Virus record (IMG/VR): IMGVR_UViG_2513237361_000012
Location: 17,300-81,299 of that record
Reading direction: 5' to 3' (one strand)
Source of the DNA: a virus
Taxonomy: Duplodnaviria; Heunggongvirae; Uroviricota; Caudoviricetes
DNA: 64,000 nt
Shown: positions 1-10,076 of the stretch, in pieces
Layout of the letters: each line of letters begins with the position of its first letter
Numbering within the stretch: the first letter of the stretch is position 1
Notes under the pieces: model-generated
Told to the model about the DNA's origin: nothing
The model's database searches: none
Seen by the model: the letters and a program-made list of their open reading frames with translations, nothing else
Program-made: the position numbers and the translations under genes

Positions 1-6
1 ACCCCA

Positions 7-318
7 TCAGCCTTTCTCCGCTTCCCGGACAATCAGATTCGGCTCTGCCATCAGGCGGGTGGCAACCGCAGCGGTCACCGCCACATCCTCACCGGCATGT
101 GACCAGAAACGGCCACAGCGCCAGAACCCGTTTTCAGACACGGCCCGGACGTTCAGCCGGACAGGGGCGTCACCCTGTACAGTAACCGGGTCTTCAGCCG
201 GACGTGGTTCATTCGCCTGACCGTCAGCCACAATAACGTCTGCCAGCGGTGCCGGGTTTTCCTGTGCTGCGCTGTTCTTTGCGGCTTTCGCGCCTTTGGT
301 TCCTGCTTTTTCACTCAT
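7..318 (-). CDS. hypothetical phage head-region protein downstream of major head gene
   Basis: 103-aa ORF, co-oriented and immediately after the Mu T-like gene; no motif recognised. Confidence 0.4.
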   Translation of the reverse strand: MSEKAGTKGAKAAKNSAAQENPAPLADVIVADGQANEPRPAEDPVTVQGDAPVRLNVRAVSENGFWRCGRFWSHAGEDVAVTAAVATRLMAEPNLIVREAEKG

Positions 319-399
319 GACTCTGCCTTTTAAAAGGCAGTTAAAAGGGCATTCACAGCGCCTTTTAACTGCGGGTTACAACAGATTACGGATGACGGG

Positions 400-1302
400 T
401 TATGCCGGGGTGGTGATGAACGGACTGACCACGATGTCCACATCCTTGTACCAGATGTTGGAATCGCCGCCGTTAACCAGCATGGCGTCAATGATGCGCT
501 TCGCGGCTGCACGGTTTTTCGGCCCCACCACAAGGGTGGTCGGGCGGATGCCCAGCGGTTCACCGTTGGTGGCCTTCATACCCAGCAGCAGATTGCTGGC
601 CTTCTCGTAGTTCTCCGCTGTCAGTGCCGCACGGGAACCGACGGCGGTCTGCCAGAAGCCGAAGCCCGCATTGCAGCGACCGTCCACCCCGTAAAGGAAC
701 TCGTTATTCTTGAAGGTGTGCTCGCTGTTCAGATCATCCAGGGCTTCAAACTTAAAGGCGCGTCGCGTCTGCCAGATGATGGGTTTCAGTACCTGAGAAT
801 CATCAATCAGAAACCACGGTTCCCCCTGGTCTGATGCCGGGGTGCCGACAACGTTGCTGTATGTGCCGTCGCCCAGCGGGTGGTCTTCATCAAAGAAGTT
901 CTGACCGTCAAAACACAGGGTGTTAAACCCGGCACACAGCAGGGGGTAACACAGCTTGTCCGGGAACTCCGACGTCTGGCGGCCATAGCGTTCAGCGATA
1001 ATGCTGTACTGACCAATCTGATCGTCTTCAATGTGTTCGCGTTTAACGCGGATCGAACTTTCCCAGGTTTTGTTCGCAAGGGTGTAACCATAACCGTCCA
1101 GCGTTGCCATCTGACGGGCGCTGACCCATTCCTTAATCTCCGGTAAATCTTTCATCCAGCCGTAGGTATTGGAGGCGGACGAACTCGGGATTTCAGAGGC
1201 GATGCGCTGCCACTGTGGGGTGACACCACTCAGCCCACGGGTATAAGCGGCGCTCAGACAGGTGGTCAGCGCGTGAAGGACTTCGGAAGTGACTGCTCCC
1301 AT
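400..1302 (-). CDS. Mu T-like major head subunit
   Basis: 300-aa ORF following the I-like protease gene; size, position and sequence character match Mu gpT family. Confidence 0.75.
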   Translation of the reverse strand: MGAVTSEVLHALTTCLSAAYTRGLSGVTPQWQRIASEIPSSSASNTYGWMKDLPEIKEWVSARQMATLDGYGYTLANKTWESSIRVKREHIEDDQIGQYSIIAERYGRQTSEFPDKLCYPLLCAGFNTLCFDGQNFFDEDHPLGDGTYSNVVGTPASDQGEPWFLIDDSQVLKPIIWQTRRAFKFEALDDLNSEHTFKNNEFLYGVDGRCNAGFGFWQTAVGSRAALTAENYEKASNLLLGMKATNGEPLGIRPTTLVVGPKNRAAAKRIIDAMLVNGGDSNIWYKDVDIVVSPFITTPA

Positions 1303-2264
1303 CAGTTATTCTCCTGTTTCGGTTTAGCGGCGAGGAACTCTTCCCCGGTAATACCCATGCTGCGGCACATCGCCAGTTCGGCGTCGGTCAGTGTCTGCGC
1401 GGGTTTATCCTTGCCCTGGCTGGGCTTGTCGTTGTTCACCAGCGGCTGTGCACCTTTGGTGTATTCCGCAAACTGTTTGCGGCCTTCTTCCGTGCGGCAG
1501 GTGGCAAGGAACATGTCACGGTTTGCCGGGGCCACTTTTCCGGCTTCGATGGCCGCATCCACAAGCGCTTCTGCTTCCTTCTCCTCCAGTTGCTGAAGGC
1601 GTTGTTCTGCGGTTTCGGCACGGTTCAGTGCCAGATTGTGGGTTTCCACCGGTACAAACTTCGTCAGGTCAGGTGTCTGTGCGCGGTTCAGCGCCACCTG
1701 TTCGTTCTCCTGAAGTTGTTTAATGGCAGCCACGGTATCGTCCACCGTGGCAGATTCAGCCAGCCCAAGCAGGCCGGTGATTTGCACAGGTACTGTCATC
1801 GGGTTTTTCTCCGTATTCAGTGCAGGAAAGTCCAGGTTAGGTTTGTTGGTCAGCCCGACGCTGGACAGGCGCGTCACCACACCCTCCGCGTCAAAGAAAA
1901 ACGCCGGGCTGTAATAGCGGTAACGGCGTTCGCTCAGCATCCACCGGGCGTACTCGCTCCAGACAACACGGCCTTCAATGGTGCCGCTGTCCGTCACGCG
2001 CAGTTCTTCCACCCAGCCATACGCCGGGGCTTCATCACCGCGTTGCCCTTTAATTTCGGTGGCGTGTTCAATGTCCACCGGAATTTTGATGTCGGACGAG
2101 CGGGTGACCACCTCATGCGGATTGCGGTTAATCCACGTCCGGCCATCGCGCCCGGTGAACTCACCCGCAGGGACGAGTTCAAGCCATTCCGGCAGTTGAG
2201 CAGGTGTCAGCTCAGGGATGGGTTCTGGCAGGGAAAAACACAGCGCCAGCAGTTCCGGTTGCAT
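1302..2264 (-). CDS. Mu I-like head protease/scaffold protein
   Basis: 320-aa ORF between F-like and T-like genes; resembles Mu-like prophage I protein. Confidence 0.75.
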   Translation of the reverse strand: MQPELLALCFSLPEPIPELTPAQLPEWLELVPAGEFTGRDGRTWINRNPHEVVTRSSDIKIPVDIEHATEIKGQRGDEAPAYGWVEELRVTDSGTIEGRVVWSEYARWMLSERRYRYYSPAFFFDAEGVVTRLSSVGLTNKPNLDFPALNTEKNPMTVPVQITGLLGLAESATVDDTVAAIKQLQENEQVALNRAQTPDLTKFVPVETHNLALNRAETAEQRLQQLEEKEAEALVDAAIEAGKVAPANRDMFLATCRTEEGRKQFAEYTKGAQPLVNNDKPSQGKDKPAQTLTDAELAMCRSMGITGEEFLAAKPKQENN

Positions 2265-2313
2265 GTCAGTCTCCGTCGTTTGGGGTTACCGACGGTAAGT
2301 ATGCGGAAGGCAG

Positions 2314-2338
2314 AAAAAAAGCCGGATTTACCGGCTTC
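2314..2338 (-). terminator. rho-independent terminator-like hairpin (GCCGG-ATTTA-CCGGC plus T-run on minus strand)
   Basis: Perfect 5-bp GC stem followed by T7 on the minus strand; the identical 26-nt element recurs at 10047..10070. Confidence 0.5.
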
Positions 2339-2477
2339 ACTGAAAACGGGGAAATACCCCCTTCAAAACCCCTTCAAAAACGCCACAGCATCTTCAAAAA
2401 CGTCAGAATGCACATTCACGCCATCAGAATAAAAAACGCGTTTCTGATGCGTTTCAGGGGGATTTACGGCGGGAGGG

Positions 2478-3299
2478 TTACTCACTGTCAAAACGGGCCT
2501 GTTTTGTCGCCAGCTGGCGCGCCAGCTCCTGCTCACGGTTTATGCCGGGATTGTAGTTCCAGCCCGGATCAATCCCTTCCGGCACATCTTCCTCTTCGCC
2601 CGTGCGTTTGTTCACCCAGCGGACAGTTCTGATTTCCGGCGCTTCGGTGTGAATGGTGCCCTGTGCCGCCAGTTGCGCATATTCACCACGGCTGACCTGA
2701 CGGATGGTGCATTTGCAGCCCCAGCCGTTAGGGGCGAAATGCGTCTGCCAGAACGGGTGGTCTACAGGCAGACACAGACGCGCCCATTTCACATGCTCCG
2801 CCCGGTGGTCGCGGGATGGCCCCAGCTCGTAAATCAGATACGGCATGGCCCGCTTTGTCCGTTGAATGCGTTCCCACTGGCCCGCCGCGCGGGCGGTGCG
2901 CATGTTGGTATCGTAAATCGTGCGGAGGCGGCGGTCGCTGCCCAGCTGTACGGTTCGGGTTTCGCCCGTCAGCGGATCATCCATCTCCTGTACGCCCCAC
3001 CATCCGCGTTTTATCAGCAGCGGTTGCAGCGCCTCCCGGAACTCGCTGAACGTCTGCCCGCTTTGCAGGGCGTCTTCCACAAGGGCTTTCACATCCGACA
3101 ACAAATCCAGTTGCAGCATTTTTGCCACGGTGAAGCTGTTCCGGTGTTCTTCCCGCCATACATCCCGGTAATCAAAACCGGGGCGCAGCTTCTTCGCCTT
3201 CAGCCACGCCAGCGCCTCTTTCGGGATGAGAGTTTCACGCATGACCGGTGTCCCCCAGCGCACGCGCCTTAAAGCACACCTCCGCCAGTTGCAGGGCAA
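2478..3299 (-). CDS. Mu F-like (gp30) virion morphogenesis protein
   Basis: 273-aa ORF directly downstream of the portal gene, as in Mu; Mu F-like sequence character. Confidence 0.7.
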   Translation of the reverse strand: MPCNWRRCALRRVRWGTPVMRETLIPKEALAWLKAKKLRPGFDYRDVWREEHRNSFTVAKMLQLDLLSDVKALVEDALQSGQTFSEFREALQPLLIKRGWWGVQEMDDPLTGETRTVQLGSDRRLRTIYDTNMRTARAAGQWERIQRTKRAMPYLIYELGPSRDHRAEHVKWARLCLPVDHPFWQTHFAPNGWGCKCTIRQVSRGEYAQLAAQGTIHTEAPEIRTVRWVNKRTGEEEDVPEGIDPGWNYNPGINREQELARQLATKQARFDSE

Positions 3300-4805
3300 A
3301 GTCGTCCGCGTTCAGCGTTTCCTGAAGCTCAGGCAGGCGTTTCAGAAAGTCATCAAAACTGTCGCATTCCTGCGCCAGTGTCAGCACCGGGTTCGTGAAC
3401 GCCTCGCCGGTTTTCTGCCAGTCACGCAGGGCATCATCCACCATCTGTGCCAGTTCATCGGGGTGTTCCCGGTTCAGGGCGACGCGCTCGCGGTTCATCG
3501 CCACATCACCTGACATTCCGGCAGACACCGGATGCAGAACATCAGCCCCGTCGTCCGGTTCAGCCAGGCCGAACCGGTCCCGCAGCTCCGATTCCTGAAC
3601 CCGCATCCCCCGGTCAATCAGCGGCACCAGAGCATCTGTCAGCGCCTTCAGATCTTCCGCTTCACTGATACGCAGAACAACACGGGGGTAGTGTTCCTGT
3701 GGCCCGTAGTTGGCCTCGATGTAGGGCCGCACCAGATATTCATTCAGCGTGTTAGCCAGCTGCCGCGCGTCCCAGCGCACAATGTCCATGCGCACCTGAT
3801 TGTGCACGTCCGCCTGTGAACGCGAACTGCCGTTATCCGTGGTCATGGTCTGCCCCAGCACAGCCTTACTGATTTGCGCATCACACCATTCCGCCATTTC
3901 ACGGAACAGTGCGCCGCCGTTATTCCGGCTGGCGGTTTCCTTCATTTCCAGTTGCATGGACTGCGGAATGGCACACCCGGCATCCGAGGCAATGGAAGCA
4001 ATCGCATCAATCAGCACGCGGATTTGCTCCTCCGTGGCGTTGGGGCCGTATTTCCCCACCGTGACCGGAATGCCGAATTTTTCCGCAAATGCCCACCAGT
4101 CGCGCACGGTAAAGGATTTCAGCATGTACATCACCGCCACCAGACGGGCCAGACCGTTACGCAGCGGCAGACCGGATTTCAGACGCGGCTGGTGAACAAT
4201 GAATTTTCCCGGTGTCAGCGGTACGCCATCCACCGGTTCATCGTCAGTCAGCAGGCGGAACTGGCGCAGCGTGGGTTTTTCGGCTTTCAGAAAACGGGGA
4301 TCAACCCACTCATAATCACGGGGCACCCAGTGGTTGTTGCGGGTGTTCCACAAAATTTCACAGACCGCCACGCCTTTTCCCAGCCCGTCGAGCAGATCAA
4401 ACATCAGCTCAGGGATTTGCGGTGCCTCCATCAGTGCACGGATGGCGTCCGCCAGTTGCACGTCAGCATCGTCATCACTGGCGGCCACCACCACCGGTTC
4501 GATACCCGCCACCGTCAGCTTGCGGGTGCGCAGTACCGAGGCGTAATGCAAATCGCGTTCTTCCATCTCTTCAGCAAGGTAAAAAAATCACGCGTGATGC
4601 CGTCAGTAGCATTGCGCAGAATGCCTGCCAGCCTGCCGGGGTTCAGCCCGGAGGCGACGCTGATACCCGGCGAGGCCGAACGCACACCGGCATGACGCGG
4701 ACGGGCCTGTGCTTCGTTGAGCGCCTCTTTTTTCAGCGTGTCTTCCTCACCGGTTGCCGGGTTCAGCAGACGGCGAACGGCCCCGGCCAGTTGTTTCAGG
4801 TTCAC
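3235..4805 (-). pseudogene. Mu gp29-like portal protein, split by a frameshift into ORFs 4515..4805 (N-terminal 96 aa) and 3235..4566 (443 aa)
   Basis: Two overlapping ORFs in different frames; adding one base to the A7 tract at ~4581..4587 joins them into one ~520-aa reading frame. Confidence 0.55.
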
Positions 4806-6337
4806 AGTAAACCTCCCTCATTTTTCAGGCCGCGCGTCAGCTTCATCTGGCGGCGCGCGTTGCGTTCTTCCGGTTTCGCCGGGCGGTTCAGGCGGTGCAA
4901 CTCGTAACGGTGGCAGTCATCCTTGCTGGCAAGGAAGCCCAGGAAAATGGCCACAGCGGCGTCGCCGTGACGTTTGTGACCGTCGCTGCCTTTGGTTCGT
5001 GAATCATCAATGCCGGGAACGCCACGCAGTAACTGAATGGCTCCGAGGTCATTGATCACGTCTTCATGCTTCGGAAGGATCAGCTCATCATCTTCAAACG
5101 CCGCACGGAAACGGGGCATGTTTTCGCGGTAAAACGCCACGGACAGCATCACCTGTTCCACTTCATCGCCGTACCGCTCTGCCGCCTGTTCTGCCAGATA
5201 CTGACCATTCCCCCGCGCATCCATTTTGATGCCGTCACGGCGGGGCAGACGATCGCAAAGCCAGAACAGCACCTGCTCCTGCTGTTTAAACGGCACATTG
5301 CCAAGCTCAACCAGGAACGGCACCTCGCGGGTGGTGTCATCGTTCACCGTCACCGGGGCCAGTACGGTCAGGTCACCCGAACGCGCAAAGTCTTCCCCCA
5401 GACAGTGGCGCAGGTTCTTCGGGAGTTTTTCCAGTTCAGGGCGCACCACTGTTTCCAGCCATTCCCGGATATCTGCCCGGCGCTGGCTTTCCGTCAGTGC
5501 GTTAAATTCCGGTGTGCCGGTAAAGCGCAACACTTTCCCGGTGCCACGGGCCGCACGTTCACGCAGTGAGCGGGGGATATACGTGCCGCCGCCGTTTTTC
5601 GGGACGCAGTAATACTCCTCCAGCGCGTCTTCGCGGGTGGCGGTATTTCGCAGCAGGCCTTCTTTCCATTCCGCCTCGGCTTCCGGTGACCACACCATGC
5701 CGCGCACCTGACAGATACGTCGGTACAGCCCGTCATTGCAGGCGTCGTCCAGCGTGATGGTGTGAATGCTGTAATCTTTTTTGCCCGCGCGGCTTTCCTG
5801 AATAAGCTGATTAAACAGGTTGTCCACGCCGTCATGGGTGGAAATAAGGCGAATTTTGCCGCCCCATGTTTTCAGCGGCAGCACCGCCTTCAGCAGCTCG
5901 TCCAGTTTTTCATGGAACGCGGCCTCGTCGATGGTGACATTCCCCTGCATCCCGCGAATGTTGCTCGGGTTGCTGGACAGTGCCTTGACCTTAAAACCGC
6001 TGGCGAAGTACACGACGAACGTCAGAATGTCCTTGTCTTCGTCGGTGATCACTTCCTCGCAGATTTCTTCCGCTGCCGCATTAAACGCTTTCGCCCACAT
6101 CGCCACGGCGTCGATAAATTCGCGGGCCATCTCCTTATTCGAACCGATATAAAAGTGATCGCGCCCGCCGTCTTCCTTCTTCAGCGATGCCGTCAGTGCC
6201 GCATCTGCCGCCTCCGCCCAGGTTAAACCGGTACGGCGGGATTTCTCGGCGATTTTCAGGTCGGCATCATCCGCCACCCAGCGTTTCTGATACGGCAGCA
6301 GAACATCATATTCACTGAACGTGTCCATTTGTGTCAT
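4802..6337 (-). CDS. terminase large subunit (Mu gp28-like)
   Basis: 511-aa ORF between small-terminase-like and portal genes; terminase-like sequence character. Confidence 0.8.
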   Translation of the reverse strand: MTQMDTFSEYDVLLPYQKRWVADDADLKIAEKSRRTGLTWAEAADAALTASLKKEDGGRDHFYIGSNKEMAREFIDAVAMWAKAFNAAAEEICEEVITDEDKDILTFVVYFASGFKVKALSSNPSNIRGMQGNVTIDEAAFHEKLDELLKAVLPLKTWGGKIRLISTHDGVDNLFNQLIQESRAGKKDYSIHTITLDDACNDGLYRRICQVRGMVWSPEAEAEWKEGLLRNTATREDALEEYYCVPKNGGGTYIPRSLRERAARGTGKVLRFTGTPEFNALTESQRRADIREWLETVVRPELEKLPKNLRHCLGEDFARSGDLTVLAPVTVNDDTTREVPFLVELGNVPFKQQEQVLFWLCDRLPRRDGIKMDARGNGQYLAEQAAERYGDEVEQVMLSVAFYRENMPRFRAAFEDDELILPKHEDVINDLGAIQLLRGVPGIDDSRTKGSDGHKRHGDAAVAIFLGFLASKDDCHRYELHRLNRPAKPEERNARRQMKLTRGLKNEGGLL

Positions 6338-6936
6338 GCGCTAATCCCCAGAATTTCACGTTTGATGGTGTCAGCCGCACCGCCCGACAGACCGCCCGTT
6401 CTGACCAGCTCTTCGGTTTTCTCTGCCATCTCCTGCGCAAACGCATCGCGGATCGCTTTCTCGCGTTTATGGCTGGTCATGGCTGCCACTTCCAGACGCT
6501 GGGCAACCAGCGCCAGTTGGCCCAGCGCCTTCGGTGCAACAGGTTTGTCGTCTTCTGCCATCGACATGGACGTTTCAAAGGCCAGCGTTTTTACAAACTC
6601 CATCAGCAGCTTGCCGACGTCTGATGTTGGCGCGGAACCCAGCTTTGCCGCCCAGACTTCGGCCATTTCGCGGGAGGCACGGATTTTTGCCCCGACTTTT
6701 TCCATGCGGATGGCGTAGCGGTTTAAGCCCGTCCGGCTTAACTGCATCTCTTCCGGCAGGTTATGTTCGTCAATCAGGGCATTGATGGCTTCGCGGATTT
6801 CTTCCTGCGTGTGCCGCTTTTCCCGCAGCATCTGATGCAACTGCTCCCGGATGCTGTCCGGGAGTAAATCCACTTTGGAAAGACGGCCACGGGTGGGGCG
6901 TTGTTCATTTTCCATGTGTGCGCTCCTGTTGCTCAC
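6334..6936 (-). CDS. Mu gp27-like protein (putative terminase small subunit)
   Basis: 200-aa ORF immediately upstream of and overlapping the large terminase gene. Confidence 0.55.
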   Translation of the reverse strand: MSNRSAHMENEQRPTRGRLSKVDLLPDSIREQLHQMLREKRHTQEEIREAINALIDEHNLPEEMQLSRTGLNRYAIRMEKVGAKIRASREMAEVWAAKLGSAPTSDVGKLLMEFVKTLAFETSMSMAEDDKPVAPKALGQLALVAQRLEVAAMTSHKREKAIRDAFAQEMAEKTEELVRTGGLSGGAADTIKREILGISA

Positions 6937-7051
6937 TACGCTGTAAACTTTCGTATGCAGATTTCAGTGCGCCGTTCTGGATTTCCCGCCATGTCGGTTG
7001 TGCGCCAGACGGCGGAGTTCATCACGGGACGCTTTACTTATCGGATTCTTT

Positions 7052-7351
7052 TTACGGTTCACGACGGCCCCCGTCTTCAGTTCCCGGTGTTTTCAGACCG
7101 GCGTATATTTCTTCGCGAACGGAGCGGATATCCTTACCCAGCAGCTTCCACAGCCGCGCACATGCCGGTGATGAACGCAGGGCACGTTTCATGGGGGTAT
7201 CCGGTGCATCCGGGTTCCAGGGCTTTCCGGTCTGTTGTTCATATGCACGGGCGATGGCGTTTTTCTCAATATCCGCGAGCACAAGACAGTACGCCAGCTG
7301 CCGCACGACGGCCCGTTCTCCGCGACTTAACGGCTTCAGTTTTCGGGCCAT
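7052..7351 (-). CDS. hypothetical phage protein
   Basis: 99-aa ORF in operon context; no motif recognised. Confidence 0.35.
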   Translation of the reverse strand: MARKLKPLSRGERAVVRQLAYCLVLADIEKNAIARAYEQQTGKPWNPDAPDTPMKRALRSSPACARLWKLLGKDIRSVREEIYAGLKTPGTEDGGRREP

Positions 7352-7353
7352 GC

Positions 7354-7647
7354 TCAGTCCCTCGCACGGGGTTTTTTAACGCCCGGAACGCTGGACAGGC
7401 CGTTTGCCACATCCTCGCCGCTGCCGGTGATTTCAGCCACGTAACAGCCGCCCACATCAGACAGACGAACCAGCCCCTGCTCGCGCAGCCATGCAAGCTG
7501 GGTGCGCACCACATCACGGGATACCTTATGACCGTAGGCCTGAAGGCAGGTCTGCAACACGGATTCATTCGCGCTGTCGCCACAATCCAGCAGGGAACGC
7601 AGCAACACCAGACGACGGTCTTCAGTGAGGATCTCTTTCATCGCCAT
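7354..7647 (-). CDS. hypothetical phage protein (possible DNA-binding)
   Basis: 97-aa ORF, tightly packed with neighbours. Confidence 0.35.
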   Translation of the reverse strand: MAMKEILTEDRRLVLLRSLLDCGDSANESVLQTCLQAYGHKVSRDVVRTQLAWLREQGLVRLSDVGGCYVAEITGSGEDVANGLSSVPGVKKPRARD

Positions 7648-7952
7648 TAATTTTTTTCCTTTAACTCGTTCTCTAATAACAAATCGCTGATGCGGGATAC
7701 CTGGCGGATGGATGGCCCCAGCTCTTTGATTTCTCCCCGCAGGTTGCTGATATCCAGTTGCAGGCGGTGGAACTCATCACGATCAGGTAGCTGATGTACC
7801 TGGCTTTCCATCACCGACACGCGGGAACGCAGCAAATCAAACTCTTCGCGCTTGACGTAGGTCTTTGCCAGAATCAACTGAAGCAGGTTTATTCCTGTCA
7901 TCAGCAATGCCCACAGAATGGGCCAGTTGGCTCTGATCATTTCCCAGGACAC
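7647..7952 (-). CDS. phage membrane protein with coiled coil (possible spanin-like)
   Basis: N-terminal hydrophobic segment followed by a predicted coiled coil; located in the lysis-proximal cluster. Confidence 0.35.
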   Translation of the reverse strand: MSWEMIRANWPILWALLMTGINLLQLILAKTYVKREEFDLLRSRVSVMESQVHQLPDRDEFHRLQLDISNLRGEIKELGPSIRQVSRISDLLLENELKEKN

Positions 7953-8164
7953 GTTTTCCTCCTGCGTTCCCGCATCTGCTGACAGTCAATACAGGTCACC
8001 ACATCCGGCAGCGCCGCAAGGCGCTGTGCCGGAATAACGTTCCCGCAGTCATTGCAGAAGCCCCGGCTGTGGGGCGTTTCTTTTGTCCGTGTCTGCCAGG
8101 CTTTAACGACGCTCTGACGCTCGTTCAGAACCACTTCACTGATGCGATCGATTTCGTCGGTCAT
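7937..8164 (-). CDS. TraR/DksA-family C4 zinc-finger protein
   Basis: CNDCG...CIDCQ four-cysteine motif in a 75-aa protein. Confidence 0.6.
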   Translation of the reverse strand: MTDEIDRISEVVLNERQSVVKAWQTRTKETPHSRGFCNDCGNVIPAQRLAALPDVVTCIDCQQMRERRRKTCPGK

Positions 8165-8919
8165 TTCGGCCCCGCAGACATTTTGTGACGGCTTGATTTG
8201 CTGTAACGGGCAAAGCCGTCAAGGGTTCTTACACCGAGATAGCCCAGCGCCGGGGTAAGCAACATCAGCGTGATATCCCAGTCCGGTGATGGCATATGCA
8301 GCGTGATACCTCTGGCACCGGCAATGGCTCCGGCAATCTGGCCGCAGGAGAGCAACAGCACATAGGCCAGACTGCTGTAACAGGAAAGGCGGGCCAGCAG
8401 CGGGCGTGTCTGGCGCACATAGCTGTCCGTGGCGTTGTCACCATTGCGGATGGTTTCCTGCTGTTCGTGGTGTGCGGCCTGCTGGTCAGCCAGCACTAGC
8501 TTCTGCCGTTCCACCTCCAGCTGTTGCAACTGAATTTTCAGGGTTTCCATCTGCATCAGTTGCTCCGGTGACAGCATCACCAGTTTTTGTTCCAGAATGC
8601 GTTGCTGTTCAGCCACCGGCAGGCTTTCCCGGACACTTTCCACCATACCGGCCACCGAGTCAGCGGCGGCAGATGTGCTGCCACCAAACCAGCGCCCGAC
8701 GGAACGAATCAGCCCCGGCCCGGCTTTCAGCAGAACAGAGGCGATGCCTGAAAGGGTTAACGGATCCACGGGAAACCTCCATACAGATAACGCTGAAGAC
8801 AGAGCAGACCGCCGCAACTGCCACCGCACAGCCAGAACACCGGATGCACCGGTGACATCATCATCAGCGTGCTGAAGACGCAGCAGAAATATCCCAGCGC
8901 CCAGACCACCCATGACCAC
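8161..8919 (-). CDS. hypothetical phage protein (start uncertain; overlaps neighbour)
   Basis: 252-aa ORF with central coiled coil and C-terminal hydrophobic stretch; overlaps ORF 8757..9353, so true boundaries are unclear. Confidence 0.3.
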   Translation of the reverse strand: MVMGGLGAGIFLLRLQHADDDVTGASGVLAVRWQLRRSALSSALSVWRFPVDPLTLSGIASVLLKAGPGLIRSVGRWFGGSTSAAADSVAGMVESVRESLPVAEQQRILEQKLVMLSPEQLMQMETLKIQLQQLEVERQKLVLADQQAAHHEQQETIRNGDNATDSYVRQTRPLLARLSCYSSLAYVLLLSCGQIAGAIAGARGITLHMPSPDWDITLMLLTPALGYLGVRTLDGFARYSKSSRHKMSAGPK

Positions 8920-9353
8920 ACGATGATGTGGCGACCAAAAGCCCGGTAACGGACCTCAGGCAGCAGGCGAAATGGCACATTCCCGAGGCTTGCGCTGTAT
9001 GAAAACAACACCACCCCGGCAAAGGACAACAACATCAGCACGAACGATCGCCAGCCACATAACATGCTGATGATGAACATGCAGAGTGTCAGTCCGGCCA
9101 GTGGCCACGGCGTTCTCATCAGTCGGGAACAAAGCAGCCAGTCACACAGTTTTAAAATTTTGTTCATTACCTTTTTCCACATTGAATTTTTCCCTGTACT
9201 TCTGGCACTGCCAGAAAATGTCCCGTGTATCCACGGAGTTCCAGCCACGCATGTAGTAGCTGGCGTGTGTGCCATCATGGCCGGTATAGTCCAGCGGTTT
9301 CGGGGGCGGGCCTCCGGCCATGCGGTGCAGAACCTCCTGACGCAGGCGGTCAC
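8757..9353 (-). CDS. phage integral membrane protein (start uncertain)
   Basis: Multiple hydrophobic helices; lies directly downstream of the endolysin gene. Confidence 0.3.
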   Translation of the reverse strand: MTACVRRFCTAWPEARPRNRWTIPAMMAHTPATTCVAGTPWIHGTFSGSARSTGKNSMWKKVMNKILKLCDWLLCSRLMRTPWPLAGLTLCMFIISMLCGWRSFVLMLLSFAGVVLFSYSASLGNVPFRLLPEVRYRAFGRHIIVWSWVVWALGYFCCVFSTLMMMSPVHPVFWLCGGSCGGLLCLQRYLYGGFPWIR

Positions 9354-9394
9354 GCCGCCCGGTTTTCAGTGAGGCATCCCAGCCTTTGCCCATA

Positions 9395-9991
9395 TCACCC
9401 CCGCGTGGCGGACATGATGCCCAGAGGGGTATCGATGATTTCCAGACAGGCGTCGGTCAGTTTTTCCATGCGGTTAAACCAGCCGTTCAGGTATTTGCCC
9501 TGGGCGGGTTTTGATTTGATGATGTCGGCATAAAAGCGGGAACGACGGACAATGCAGCGGGCCAGCAGCCAGTCCGGGGAGGACAGGCTCACGGCCTTGC
9601 GGGTACGCGGGCCGATGATGCCGTCAGCATCCACATCAGCGGCTTCCTGCAAAATCCTGATGGCTTTTTTAACGCCATGCTGAACCGCCGCATCGAACAC
9701 AAACATCGCCACGCCATCAGGCCACTGGTCACATCCGGCAGGCAGCCAGTAATCGCGCCAGTAAATCTGCGCAACCTGTTCGCGGGTTAAATCCTTAATG
9801 CGGGTATCCGGTTTGCCGTCACCGTTGACATCGGTTTTGCCGTCAATCACACCGTCGCGGCGGTCAGAAATGCCGTATTTGGTTTCACCGCCGCTGTCTG
9901 TGGGGTCATTGACATAGCCGCCTTCAATATCAGGACGCAGAATAAAATTCAGCGCATGTTCAAAGGCCGGGGAGAATTTTTGATTTTCCAT
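9395..9991 (-). CDS. endolysin, GH108-type lysozyme with peptidoglycan-binding domain
   Basis: N-terminal EGGY..D..GG.TKYGI motif typical of glycoside hydrolase family 108, followed by a PG-binding-like C-terminus. Confidence 0.7.
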   Translation of the reverse strand: MENQKFSPAFEHALNFILRPDIEGGYVNDPTDSGGETKYGISDRRDGVIDGKTDVNGDGKPDTRIKDLTREQVAQIYWRDYWLPAGCDQWPDGVAMFVFDAAVQHGVKKAIRILQEAADVDADGIIGPRTRKAVSLSSPDWLLARCIVRRSRFYADIIKSKPAQGKYLNGWFNRMEKLTDACLEIIDTPLGIMSATRG

Positions 9992-10046
9992 AAAAGCACC
10001 TGTGAAGCAGATTTAAACGTGGTCTGCTTCATGGTGCCGGAGGCAT

Positions 10047-10070
10047 AAAAAAAGCCGGATTTACCGGCTT
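10047..10070 (-). terminator. rho-independent terminator-like hairpin downstream of mor
   Basis: Same GCCGGATTTACCGGC hairpin plus T-run as at 2314..2338. Confidence 0.5.
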
Positions 10071-10076
10071 CATTGA

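Noticed and set aside
1590-2432. 280-aa plus-strand ORF overlapping the Mu I-like protease gene
   Set aside because: Antisense shadow ORF in GC-rich coding sequence.
3874-4907. Plus-strand ORFs of 273 and 231 aa over the portal gene
   Set aside because: Antisense to the portal gene; Arg/Pro-rich translations typical of GC-rich antisense frames.
8161-9393. Overlapping alternative ORFs downstream of the Mu-like endolysin (including 83-aa ORF 9142..9393) as a resolved holin/spanin set
   Set aside because: Frames overlap extensively and starts cannot be settled by eye; reported only as low-confidence membrane proteins.
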